From Chrysomallon squamiferum (Eukaryota; Animalia; Mollusca): a stretch of 64,000 nt of DNA. Shown one piece after another: positions 13,473 to 27,300 of this stretch (positions are counted from its first letter, which is position 1; every line of letters begins with the position of its first letter). A model generated the notes under the pieces. That model was not told where the DNA came from. It searched no databases and saw only the letters and a list, made by a program, of their open reading frames with translations. The stretch covers positions 10,602,001 through 10,666,000 of the forward strand of contig CM022665.1 of assembly GCA_012295275.1 (NCBI GenBank), in the 5' to 3' direction. Position numbers and translations under genes: made by a program.

Positions 13473-14699
13473 TGTTTAGCTCTGAAATACACCCCAAAGA
13501 GACAGAATCATTCATTAGCAAGAAAGAAAAAAAAATTAATACCTCTTGATAGCATTAAAATTTAATCTGCATTTTTTAATATTTGACATTTATTTATTTA
13601 TGGTTTGTTACTATTAGCCTGCTGAAAATGTTATTAGTAATGTGTCAAAGAGAAAAGGTAATTAAAAAAAGTACATGCAAAAAGAAACAAATTCAGATTT
13701 TGGCTTTGATAAAAGTATTTTTGGGAGGTACAGAAGCTCTATGCTTTTACTGCAAGAAATATAAAATTATAAATTAAAATAATGCAGAGCACTAGCATTT
13801 ATAACTAACCTTCCTAAATTTGAATACAAATAAGTGAACTGTTTTGGTCAGTGCATAAAAAGTATTAAAAGCTAACTTATTTTTTTTTTCTTTTTTTTTT
13901 TATAAACAGTTTTATATAAAATTTATTTAAAATATTCTGAAGAAAGAAAATTACTTGCAGAATAAATTTTTAAAACCAGAAAATGAAAGAGTGACATTTA
14001 TTTTTCAGAAATCTGCAATTCTGTTTAATTTTTTTTTTTTTTAACATCAGTATTAAAATGACAGTTATAATATTACAAAACAATTTATTTATTTATTTAT
14101 TTATTTATACATATATATGAAGAAGAAAAAATGAGTAGTTTTTATATTAAAAGTTATAAAGTGAAATGTTTGAAACTGTGATGATGGTAAACAAATCCAA
14201 TGAATTATGTTGTTTGTTTATTTGTTTAACAGCATCCCAGCACAAAAATAAAATTGGCTACTGGGTGTTATTCAAAGGGAACTAAAACAATTATTAAAAA
14301 TAAGTCAGTGTAAATATTTATCATAATAACACAAAGAAATAAACTGAAAAGTTTTGATAAATGTAAGTGATACAATTTAATATATTCATAATATTGTGAC
14401 TGATCATTTTACCAATTAAATATAAAGTTCATCTGATTTGATCAGTTTCTGACTAGTGCAAAATGGATTTTGTGTTTGTCTAAAACTACATTTAAAAATA
14501 ATTAAAACTACAATTAAAAATGTCAGACAAAATTATTTTAGGCCAAATTGGATAGGTAAAATTATTATAAGTGTTTAATTCAACAAAATCTCATTTGAAC
14601 TTGTTTTTCCAGTTTTCTTTGCAGTATTCTTTTGTTACTGCTCTCAACAGGTGCCCTGTATTTTTTTTTTTTTTTTGTTAATAAAAGAAGGCAAATTGT

Positions 14700-15500
14700 T
14701 AATAATTAAATAATTTATGCCTTTATGTGCCTGCCGTATTGTAATCACTGATTAGCCTTAAACTAAAGAAAACGCCCAATAAAACTTTCTTAATCACTAA
14801 CTTAATGACAGTGAATCCGAGTGATGGAATGTAAACAGAGCTCACGATTTAATATATCTTAGCATAAAGACCGCTTATATTTTATCTTCTTTAGTTTAAT
14901 GTGTCTTATTGTCTCTATACTGACACTATCATATATAACTTACCGCAATCGTATGTTAGTACATATCTCAACAATAGCCTGAAATACTATACGCTGAACA
15001 TTTCATTTTTATTTTTTTTTATTTTTTATTCTTTTTATTTTTATTTTTTTTTTACCCTCGCCTAAATCTCGTGTTTAACGGGAAAATTCGAGATCACGTC
15101 TCAATTAACTTAGCGATTGGTTATACATGTAATTAACATTATTTGTAATCGGCAGAAAACGGTCCAGTCAATTTGTAATGACAGGGGTGACAGAGAGAGT
15201 AAGATACGAAAAATTGCTGTATGCATTACCCGTTAGTTCACCGAATTCCCTTAATTGGTAAAGAAAAATGCTCTTGTTATTTCTTTTTCATTATATTGTT
15301 TCCATTAGTAAGGAATCGGAAAACAAAAATAAAGTGATACAAGCATCACCCTCTGATATGTAGATGGGGGCCACTAGCTGTATTTCATTTCTGCTTACAG
15401 ATGAGTTAACTACTGCCATAAAAATTATCTAATGAATTATGCCGCAGTCAACGAACAAAGTGAAAAAGAAAGAAAGATTATACATTTTGCATTTGATTTG
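14700..15500 (-). promoter_or_regulatory. Likely promoter and non-coding first exon of the PIGFE gene
   Basis: CpG content is locally higher than in the CpG-depleted flanks. A minus-strand donor cg|gtaagt ends an exon at 14944, upstream of the ATG exon. Confidence 0.5.
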
Positions 15501-15509
15501 AAACCGGTA

Positions 15510-15541
<32 letters not shown>

Positions 15542-15740
15542 AAAAAAAAAAAAAAAAAAAAATTGCTTAATCATAATTAAATGATAAATGGGTCAAATAA
15601 TATTTATAGGTTCACAGTATTATTCCCAGCTTGTGTTTGGATTGTGGCAGAAATGTGCAACTGTCAGTATATCTCGTTGGTCCAAACAAATAACAAAAGA
15701 ACATCTTCCATTTTACTTTCAACACCAAGCTTTACTTTTA

Positions 15741-15789
<49 letters not shown>

Positions 15790-17689
15790 TATTTACACAA
15801 ATTGTTATGAAAAGAAGGAAAATGCCAGCTTTTTTGCAATCAGATTCTGTAAGAAAAAAAAACGGAGGTGAAAAGAATTCTGACAACATACTCTAATGAG
15901 TGTCCTATTGAAATATGACATATATACTGTTTAATAATAAAAATTATATAGTTGAAAAGTCTAGGAAAATCAAAAATACATTCTGAACTTTGGGAAATAA
16001 CTCTTGACAGTAATACAGTCATTAATATGTCAGGAACTGAGTTGATGCTATTGAATTTAAATAATGTTTTAGATACTGTTTATTTTTTAACAAGGCAAAA
16101 TGGCTCTATGATGAAAATGATGAAAAAACATGTCGGCCACAATGTATCTTCATGAATATTTTATTATTAGCCAATTTTTTTTTCATTTTTTTTTTCAAAA
16201 AGTTAAATCTGTATGTATCACTAAAGTACACCTCAACCCAATGTGTGATATTCATAACCCAAAGAACTGCAAACATTTTAAATGTTTTAATATAAAGATT
16301 TTAACAGAACAAAAAGAAATTTAAAAAGTGTTCTAGCTAAATAAATAAAATAACAAATCAGTTTTCAGCCTGTAACATACAAATATATATATATGCATAT
16401 GCACATGTGTACATATATGGAAAGATTTCTGTTTGGAACATGGAAAACACATAACTGTTATATTATTGCTTTTAGTTCAAGTGTCTTGACATTTGTGGAT
16501 TATTTATTACTGAAGATGAGACAATATTAAATAGCTTTTTTTATAATTATTTTTATTATTATTATTGTGTAAAACTTTAGCTAAATTGTCTGATTCTGAA
16601 AAGAAAGTTGAATAAAGAAGCTATAACTTGGGAACGTTTTTGTTAGTTCATACAGCTGAATGCAAAGCATAACGTTTGACCATTCAGAATTTTTTTTAAT
16701 AAACAACAACTTGTTTTAATGGGTTTAAACAGATTTTATTTTAAAATAAATTCATTGATATAATGTGCAGATTTACTGTGGAATGTAAAAAAGTGGGTAA
16801 AAATCCTCAAGACACTATTAATAGGAATGTATAAATAGAACAGCAAATCTCATATACATTTATGATTTTCAAACAAGATAAGAATGAAATAGCTTGATCT
16901 AAAACAAAATAATAATGATGCAAGAACATATTTTATAACATTACTCATTAAGGGAAAAATGTTCACAGATTAAGGTAATAATTATTTATTACTGAAATAT
17001 AGCACTGTTTTATTTAATTTTACTGTTTACTAATGAGTCACAAAAAAACCTGTAAAATAAACATTTTTAAAACAAAATGTTTTACCATACAGATTTTTAC
17101 ACCATAAATTTAGTCACCAAAAACTTAGATTAACACTTTACATTTTATTTTTGTCACTTAACTGTTATTATATAAAAAACAAAACTGATGTTTATATGTT
17201 TATCATGTTATAATATTAAAATGCAAGGAAAAAAAAAGAAAAAAAGAAATGAAGTCTGAAAAACTAACATAAAAAAAGGAAACCAGCAACATTCTTAAAA
17301 TTGTATCATGGTTTCAGAGCTATGTATTATGATATATAGACCAATAATTATGGAAATAATTAATTTACTTCCTCTCGTTTAACCAATTTGCTTTAATGAT
17401 TTAGTTATATATATATTTTTAATTTAACAAAAGTTCTGGCAGTATTTATTAATGTAAGTGAACAAGTTTTGTTCTTATACAATGTGGTTATCCAAATATT
17501 TCACAGGCAGCACAGTGGATGAAGAGGTGTTGACATACAAACTAATTATTAATGTTAATTTTTACCTTTCCCTTCTAAATAAAAACTACCAAACAGTTCA
17601 GCGAGAAAAAATAATAAACTATTTTTAAAAATATAAAAAATATAATTACCAAATGTATGTATGTATGTGTGTGTGTGTGTGTGTGTGTG

Positions 17690-17734
<45 letters not shown>

Positions 17735-19520
17735 TAATAAACAAATCATACAATTAACATACTGCATAACATATATGAACATTTAATTTCAACACTGAAC
17801 TGGTGAGCCTATGTATATATATATATAATTTTGTTATCATGTATAAATACATTTCCAAATAAATGTAAATGACTTGAACAAAATGTTAATTATAATTTCT
17901 TGATGATGAAGAAGTTTTATCCATTTCATATTATGTCTGCTTTGTTAACATTAAGACATTTTACCGATATATGTTGTATTCATATCTTAATTATAATTAA
18001 TTATCAAAAAAATCCACATGCAGGTGAAAACATGGTGATGAAGAGTAACTAAAACAAAGGGTTTAACTAAAACATGAAGGGTTAATTTTATCACACAATT
18101 TAACAGTGTTAAAATAACACAGCTATTAAACTTAATATTACCAACTAATCTAAAGAGTTCCAACCAATATTTCTGTTACAGCCTCACAAAACTGTTTTAA
18201 TTTGTTCTTATTTATTAAATTAATAATAGAAATATATACAGTACAATGGCTTATCACCAAATTTTGTGTCAAGTAATAAGTAATTTTACAAATAGCCAAT
18301 AAGTCATCAGCATTCCATATTAAAAAATAAATAAATAAATAATGTCTAAAAATAATCAATTCAGGAGTAAATAATGATAATATAAATATGTAATTATCAC
18401 ATTTTTAAAAAAGGATAAAAGTATATACATACGGTTATAAGAGATCTTGGAAACATCACTACCAAAGTTTTATAAATAATTGTGTGTAATAACTATTAAT
18501 TATCTCCCCCTGATACATCTCAGTTCTAATCATACAAGTTCTAATTAGAAAATAATGAACTATTATTCTATCACATAATATCAGCTATACATTCCTTTGT
18601 AACTCCTGAACTTGTATATATCTTGGTTCATAATTTATATGATTTATCTCCAAAGTTTAAATAAATGTGAATAAAACTATAGATATTAAAACAAAATGTT
18701 TAAAATTTTCAAATCTTATTACATTTATCTATTACAAATATCTGTGCAAAGTTTAACACATTTTATAACATATGTTCATATCTATTTTGCAGTTTCTGCA
18801 AAACACAAATTTTTGTCCTTGTAAAGTCATAACTGGTATTGGAAGAGGGAAAAATACAGCCTTGTTAACTTTAATGTTATTACGATAAAAATGTTAATAA
18901 TAAGAACAAATAAATACACCTATTGATTGGCTCTTTAATTTTAAAAGGATGTTTGTCGTATGAATGGACTGTCATGGACTGCTTTCTGTAAACGACATTT
19001 TCTAGATGTTTTTGAAACAATCTGAAGGTATTTATTAATAGCACCAATCCAGTATCACATCTCTTTTTTTGAAAATATCAAACAATGTAATCAGTTTTTT
19101 ACTTCTTCATTAAATATTGATCATTATGAAAAAAAAGATAAAGTTTTTTTTTGTACAGTGTAGCTAGCTATTACTTATATTTGTATGAGTATTACCATCT
19201 CAAAAACATAATAGAATCATTATTTAAAAAATAATATCAACAATAAAAGAACCTTTCGTACTGTATTGGGTTTTTTTAAAAATTATTATAAAGTAAATAA
19301 ATAAAAAAAAAATTAAATTCAGTATTATTTATATAAATTAATCTAATATATTTTACAAATATTTTTAGTTAAGACTAAAATTAATTCTGCCTGGATGAAA
19401 TAACCTAACAGTTCCATTTTTAATTTATTCTGCTGTTGTACAAATATCATGGGTGGTTAAAGTTAAAATAATGAATGTGTCTTGCCTTCATTTGAAACTT
19501 ATTATACAGATAGTTTAAAT

Positions 19521-20603
19521 TTATGGAAAATCTTCTTCAGATTCAGAGAGTAAAGGCATTTTAGCATCAGTGCCAAATTTCACAGATGACTTGATGGAGT
19601 TGGGTAGACTTGAAAGACTGTACATGTGTTTACGCTTCAGGTAGCGATGAACTCTGCAAGCAGCTACCATATATACTCCTCCAACTAATGCTATTATAAC
19701 AAGTACAAATATATCTGAAAGAAAAGACACCAGAATAAAAGTATTACTTATATATTTAAAATGTAATTACAGAAAAATTTAAAATATATTACAGACCATT
19801 AACTTAAAAACACATGTTACTTCTGAAATAAAGGTTGTTTTATATCATTACAGAGATATGATATTTAAGCAATTTAAATATATTACTTATATTCAATTAT
19901 AAAACAAATAATTTGGTAATATATCTTACTTAATTTATGTGCACTAAAGAATATTTTTGTTTTTACATAATGAAAGGATAAGAAAAAATGCATTATATAT
20001 CATTATAATATCTGTAACAAAATGTAGCATCAAAATGGTCTAATGCAAAATTGTATTGAAAATATTAAAACAGATTTTAAAAATTATAATATTTGAGTTA
20101 CTTACAGTTTAACAAAGTTGTCCAGAAAATAAATAATTTATCTTTTTTTCAAAATAAAACAGTGCTGTCATACTAATGAAATGCTAATATTAAAAAAGGT
20201 TTTAAAATAAATTTAAGATTTTTTCCCCTTTTAATCACTCACAAGTTCAAAAAGTAACCCATGTGGTCATGTTTTCCTCTGAACTCTTTTTGAGGAGATC
20301 TCTGATGTGATCAAATGATCCGTTGTTAGGAGCTGGATCCAGATGTAGAACATGACATAACAGGCCATAAATATCCACGCTATTGAATGTGTCCACTGCA
20401 TAATTTGACTTGAAAGAAGGACCCATGGCTAAAAATACTGGGTGCATATCTGGCAGTCTGTTATCCCATCCATGATCACCAACTAAAATTAGATGGATAT
20501 ATATACATATTTGTATATTCATACATACAGACACAATTATCAATAATATGTGTTACAATTGAAAAAAAAAAAAATAAAATAAATATAAGATATAAAATAT
20601 GTA

Positions 20604-20639
<36 letters not shown>

Positions 20640-22190
20640 TTTCAAAAAGATTATTCAAACTATATATAGCGTAACAAAACTTTTTTGATGCAGCAACATA
20701 AACATTCATATACAATTTAAATTATATAAAATACATAAGCGGCATTGATGGATGAGTTTTTATGGAATAATGTTCCTCTGTAACAATAAGTATTGGTTGG
20801 ATGCGTCGATTATGTTTGTAGTGAAAATGTTCTGGGATGTTTTCTTTCTTGTATACCTTGAAATGTTCAGTTTTTGAGGCATTCACTAATGCTGAATAAA
20901 TTTCATCTTCTTTTCCTGCAAATAAAAAAAAGATTTTATTCATGTATTGGGTTGAGGAATAAGTCATTGCAGTTAAATTAAATTTAATCATTACATAGAA
21001 AAAAACTTGAAGAAGCTTAATTGATAACAAGATGTAATCAATAATGTATTCTCTGTTGTTATTTACCACTTCTTCCCAACAGTCAACAAATCTTTCAATA
21101 AATTTGAATCAATTATGTATGTCAATGACTTATTCCTCAACCCAATAGTTGAAAAAAAGTTAATAAAAGAATAAAAAGTAAACTTGTCTTTTGAGGTCTC
21201 ATTGTTGTGACTATTTTGTTATTTTTTTTCATTATTTATTTATTTATTTATTTATATTGTTTGTCTTTTGTTGTTTTTTGTTTTTTTGAATCAGTGAAGC
21301 ATACAGAAAATCATACCTGGATTTGGAAGTATATTGGCAATTGGAGTGCTTTGAAATATTTTATAATCCTTTCGGTCAATATATTTATTAAGGTCGATAA
21401 CTTTATCAGGTGGTGTTGATGCAAAACCATGATCACTTGTAATAATGATGTCTATTTTATCCAACAGATTTTTCTTCTCAAACTGCTCAAGAAGAAATCC
21501 AGTTAAATTATCAAGAGCAATTATCATTCTGTCTATTTGTGGAGATTCTGGACCATACTTATGTCCTGTTGAATCAGGTTCATTGAAGTACAAAAGTCCT
21601 AAATTTATTGGATACTGCATAGTAAACCACTCCAGCATTGTTTCAATTTTTGTTTCGTTTTTTATCAAAGGATTGTAAGGTATGTATTTTGTGGGCAACA
21701 CACCTTTGACAGCTGCCGATTCTCCTGGCCACATTATAACACCACTTCTATGTACATTATTCTGTAACTGATTTGTAACCCAAATTGGTTCCCCTCCGTT
21801 ATCGAACCATTTCGGGTCTTTCTGTTCAGTTATGTTACTTTTATCGAATGTCTCATTTAAAACTGGGTCATACATCACGTTTCCAACAATTCCGTGACTT
21901 TCTTCCCATAGTCCTGTGACTAAAGTGTAATGATTTGGAAAAGTTTTAGTAATAAATGCATTTGTCAATCCCCTCTTCGCTGTAACACCCTGTTTTATAA
22001 ATTTTTCAAAATGTTTTAATGTTCCTTCCGGAATGTTAGGTCGATTAAGATAATCCCATCGGAAACCATCAAAAGAAATCATTAACACTTTAGGAGTTAC
22101 TTCATTTTTTGAGTGACTAACTACACTGACAATTATATGTACAAAGAACAAAACAATTACTGTTTCCACGAACTGATGTATAAAATACAT
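19521..22190 (-). CDS. ENPP5: Ectonucleotide pyrophosphatase/phosphodiesterase, ENPP4/5-like (signal peptide, PDE domain, C-terminal TM); two apparent reading-frame lesions
   Basis: Coding exons 22190-21317, 20915-20735, 20482-20243 and 19714-19521. Motifs: ISFDGFRWDYL, catalytic TKTFPNHYTLVTGLWEESHGIVGN, EPDSTGHKYGP, ITSDHG, GDHGWDN, PNNGS. The last exon encodes a TM helix and a dileucine/acidic tail (PLLSESEEDFP). The true ATG is at 22190 (the ORF track starts at a GTG). ENPP4 versus ENPP5 orthology is not resolved. Confidence 0.92.
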
Positions 22191-22419
22191 ATTTCCACTG
22201 CATTTCCTAGCCACCTCAACCGCTTTGTTAAAATAGAATTATCTGCCCTTGTTATCGAACTTGTCCGGAAAATATTTCAAGAAAAAAAAAAAAAATCAAT
22301 TATCATAACTATCGTGTCTTCATCAACCTTGCCCATCAGAGAAGTGCAAAGTAATAAAAATGTGTATAAAACAGCTATTGTCAACGGACGTTTTATCTGA
22401 AATCTTAGAACTAGAAGGC

Positions 22420-24366
22420 TGGAAAAAAAAGAAAAAAAAGAAACCCCCCAAAATTTTCTTTACATATTTTCATATTTACATAGTTAAACTAGCTGAAGCA
22501 GTCAAGGTTTCTTCATCAGTACCATGAACAATGAACATTACAAATATTATAAAATCTTCACTGGTATAATTGTTTATAATATTTGTAATGTTTATTGTAT
22601 ATATGTATAATTATTAATACTGTGGGGTTTTTATGTTTTGTTTGTTTTTGTTTTGTTGTTTTATTTCAGTTATATATATATGGACCCGTCTCTAATTATT
22701 GTTATTGTTTATGTAGATAAATATTATATTAAATAGGGAAATTTAAATGTGACTGGCTCACATTATAAGCTTCACGCAAAACTTCAAACGGAGAAATTAA
22801 GTATAAACATTTGTGCAAATACAGCGCATTTTTAACACGTTCTAGAACTTGTATTTAGCTTACAAGATCTCACCAGATCTAATCCAGTACTGCATATAAG
22901 TTTATCTGTTATTGATCCGATGTTGACTCTCTACTTTCTAACTGAAGAATCCCTCAAAGTAAATGCAATGACAGCAACAACAAACAAAAAACCCAAACAA
23001 TTCTAACAGCGATAAATTGTTGTCATAACTCATTATTTGGAATGTTTTAACTTGTGAGAAATATGACAAATGCCTTTCATTCAGAATGCCGGTAATGATT
23101 AAATATTAATTAATAACGATAGGGTAATTATTCGATAATGTATAAAAGTATTATTTTTTTTTTTTTTGACGTAGTTTAAAATTAAAGAAATATTTTACAC
23201 CAATTATAGTTTATGCATTATAATACGTGCGTCCTCATTCCTCTTCTTTCTCTACCCCAATCACCCAAAAGAATAAAATAAATAAATAATGGAATACAAA
23301 AAACAAAACAAAAATGGAGTGATCAGAAATTTAATATATATATATATATAAGGTTTTTCACCAGTCTTAAAAACACTCTGACAAATTAAAGAGATCTGCC
23401 TGGGTTAAATTCTGGTAAAGTCAGACGTATCCTGTCAGGCACGTCAGGCATAACTCAACGGTACCATCGTGATTGGAGACAAAAAACATAAAAAAAAAAG
23501 GCATTGTTTGTTTTTCTCCTGGATTTTATGAAAGACTGTAATAATATATTATGCAGTAGAATAAAGATGTATTTTTTAAAATGATTCATTTGTAAAAACG
23601 TATCAACATATATGAATATTATCAGTATACATTTGAAAGTACAGTGGATGAAAAGTTTACTAATTTTAGTAGAAGTATTAAATTATATTTTCTTACTACT
23701 ACTATTATTGTATTAATAGCAGTAGTAGTAATAGTAGTGGTAGTAGTACTAGCAGTAGTAGTAGTAGCAGCAGCAGAATTGGTTTTGCATTTGGCTACTG
23801 AGAGCAGGAATGGTTATTTAATTTAAAACAATAACACTAAAAGTTGCACATATCATTTATAGAAGTTTTCACTTCTTGGGTTTTTAATGTGTAAATAAAC
23901 ATTATTCCTCTCGCCCACTCCACTTTAACAAACACGGTTATGATCGATTTAGGGACAGGGTTATTAAGTAAATAGTTTTGATCGTCAGAACCATATGCAC
24001 AGTCATCAAATGGAATACCCACAATGCAATGCTACCACGAGCACTGTATCCTCCATGTTTGTTTATCATGTTTATGTCCTTATTAATTGACCTGTGTTTT
24101 CAAGGATGGTTAAAAGAAAAGCAAATTGTTGATTATCATAGATATTTTTAATGTGGATTTTATTTTTTAGAAAGTGTTCCGAAAACCCGCCGAAGACTGC
24201 ACATTAGCAAAAGTAGAAAAAGAGTGTTTGGATTGCTGAGTCAAACGCTACAATTTGTTATTTCATAATAGTTTAATGATAGTTTAAAAGGTGATACGGT
24301 ATAACCAACAGCTTGAAGAGTTGCATATTATTGCTGCATATATCTTTTTTTATAACATATGTGCAG
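22420..24366. promoter_or_regulatory. Divergent (head-to-head) promoter/5'UTR region between ENPP and AMPK beta
   Basis: The genes point away from each other about 2.2 kb apart and CpG is elevated. Acceptors upstream of both ATG exons (minus strand 22419-22420; plus strand 24365-24366) imply non-coding first exons here. Confidence 0.55.
23718..23776. repeat. (TAG/CAG)n trinucleotide repeat
   Basis: Directly visible; explains the poly-Val ORF. Confidence 0.9.
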
Positions 24367-24382
24367 AGATACTTGACAAACA

Positions 24383-27300
24383 ATGGGGAATTCAAGTGCT
24401 TCCAAAAATCGACATCCATCGGGCGATGACGCTGCGCCTACTTTGACGGCCAAACACATGGACTCCAATACTATGCTGATTGATGATAATGATACGAATT
24501 TTCCGCCTCCATCTCAGGGAAGGGTAGGTTTCCTTACTCGCAAACTGATAAAATCATTCAATAAATTTATCATTTTGATTGTCATTTTTATTCTTAATCC
24601 TGAACGATGCGTATGGTCGACTCTTTCTGTCATTGTTGGAAATTCCGTAATTTACGTTTTTAAATTATTTTAGACATTTATATTGATTTTTATTTTTATT
24701 ATTTTCATGAATAGGAGTCCGTATTAAAAGTACACTTATAAAATGAGGCAACCTCTGCAAGACAGAGGTTTGTCCTTCATTTTTATCTGTTTTTGATGCA
24801 CTATTTTCTGGTTAGTCTTTGCACAGTTTAACTGTACATACATGTGCTTGACCTTTATAAGGGTCAAGGGCACTCTCAACCTTGTATAATTGCTTTTTCT
24901 CGATGTTTACAATTTCACAAGCAGACAGAATATGTTTTGTGATCATTTACATCTCAGATTTTGGTTAATGAAAGTAATCTTAGACATAACAGTATCATAT
25001 ATATGAAATGGGAAATTCCAACAGTGGCAGTGTAAAACCAGAAGAGATTTTGGATTTTGTTCTGAAGGACTATGAAGATGACAAAATTCTGAGACAGGGT
25101 GACCTTTCAGTTACCGATAAGATAGAAACACCAGAAACTGAGACAGATAATGAATGTCCAGAAATTGTGGTAATATCATTTTTTTTATAAAAAAATGTAT
25201 ACTAAATAGCAGTAAAAATGTTTCACATAAAGAATTACTGAAGTATCAAAGTACCATCCTTTGAAGAGTTCCTCATTGATATACCAGCATCTGATAAAGT
25301 TTGCTGTTGTTGTAACTAGTATGCATGTGTAATATGATAAAAATGTATAACATGATCTAGAAAAATAATACAAAAGGAGGCTTCATATATAGTTGGAAAA
25401 ATTAATTAATAACAACCAAGGTCGGTGTTTAATATAATTAATCCAGTACTATAAAAAAAAAATGATTTATAGAATTTAACATCAGTATTAAAAATGTTTG
25501 GTTTTGTAATCTTTTTAAGCAGTGATAACTAATTATAATTATAAATAAAAAATAGCAAATGTCATGATTTATACTGGTGACCTACTTGGTCAGTGGCTGG
25601 ATTGTTAACATGTATATATCCTTTGGAATATACATGTGGCAGATCTCTGGAAATAATCATAGTTCATTTTGGATCATTTGTGCAGAAACAGAAAATAGAT
25701 TCATGCTGATGGAGTCTTAAAAAAATTGGTGGGCATCCCTGATATATATTATTGAAATAATACTGAATTTAACAGTTACACTGTACATGCTGTGTGTCGT
25801 GGTATTTTAGATTCTGAGTTAAAAATCTGATATAAAATCTTTTTATCTGAAAAAAAACATGAAGACATTTTGGATGTATCCTTTAACCAGCAATCAGAAT
25901 TTCCATTTGCAAGTGTCACCTAAAACAGTTCTGTTGTAAATGATTATTTATGTAAATTATGTGGTCTAGTTTTTGTGCTCTCTGGAGTAATTTTAATAGT
26001 TTTTAATTTATTTATTTGTGTGGTTGTTATTTATTTATTTATTTACTTATTATTATTATTATGATTATTATGATTATTATTATTATTGTTTTTTTTGTTT
26101 TTTTGTAATTTGAGATTATTGTGTAATAAACTGAATACAAATTACCTATGGTTTTCTCCCAGATTAATATATATATATATTATTTTTTTTCTGTGTATGT
26201 GATAATATTGTACAGTAATGAAATGTATACTAAAATATTTTTAAAAAAGAGAAAATCTGTTAATGTTATTGCTGTATTTCAGATTATTCTTATCAGTTAG
26301 CAGAAGAAATTTCTGAAAACATGCTAAAAGCAGCTATCTGTCGTGAAACTGAACTTGTGTAGATTAAAATATATTCTATCACATATATACCAGCTGAAAT
26401 TAGGTCAGTAGATAGTATATATAGTCAGTAATGTTCTTAAGTCAGAACCTCTCACTGCCCATGTCCTGCCTGTCTCACAAATTTTCAGTATGACATGTTT
26501 AAAGATATTAATGAATATTTTTTTCCTCATAAACAAGTAAAACATGAGTGCTCAAAGTAATCAAGAAGCTTAAAAACCATAAACCCATAAATACCTCGCT
26601 GTATCATGTCAAAACTGTATCAGTCAAGTGGTTTTTTAGTGGGGTTTTTTAGGTAACATAAATGTTTCTGTAATTTCTGTCACACAGATTGTATTACATT
26701 TCCTTCAGAAATTCAGTTATCAATAAAATTATATTTGATTTAAATGTTTTCATAAAGAATTTTATAATGATTAGATAATACAATAAATTAATCTTTATTT
26801 TTCTATTTTAAGCAGAAATTACAGGTGACCATCCATTGACAATAGTTTTAATAAAACAATTTTTAACAAAATTTAAGTGATTTATCTGTTTATGTTTATT
26901 CCCTTAGGTTGCCACAGGTACTTCCCATTTTCATTACAGACTATGTAACGATGTATATCTCAGAATAAATTACCAAAAATGTATGATACCACTGTTGAAA
27001 TACCTGTTTAAATATGGTTTACTGCTAATGGACCAAGAGCGACATTTTACATGTAAAGATTTTAAAATACTTTTATTTAGTAAAAAGCAAAATATAAATC
27101 TTTTATCTATCTTTATTTTATTACCTTTTTTATTATTTATTGTTTCATGCAGCGTTCTAGGGCTAGTACAATAACTCCAGGCCATGAACCTTCTATTCCT
27201 ATGGCAGGGCGGGCATTACCCACAGTATTTAAATGGGAAGGTGGTGGTAAAGAAGTGGCCATATCAGGATCATTCAATGGATGGAAGGGGAAAATTCCAC

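Noticed and set aside
24045-24104. GTATCCT, resembling a U12 intron donor
   Set aside because: Incomplete consensus and a very short implied intron; no support.
26283-26362. Acceptor followed by DYSYQLAEEISENMLKAAICRETELV*, resembling an AKAP amphipathic helix, in AMPK beta intron 1
   Set aside because: Needs a phase-1 donor but both first exons end in phase 0; the AKAP consensus is too degenerate to be evidence.
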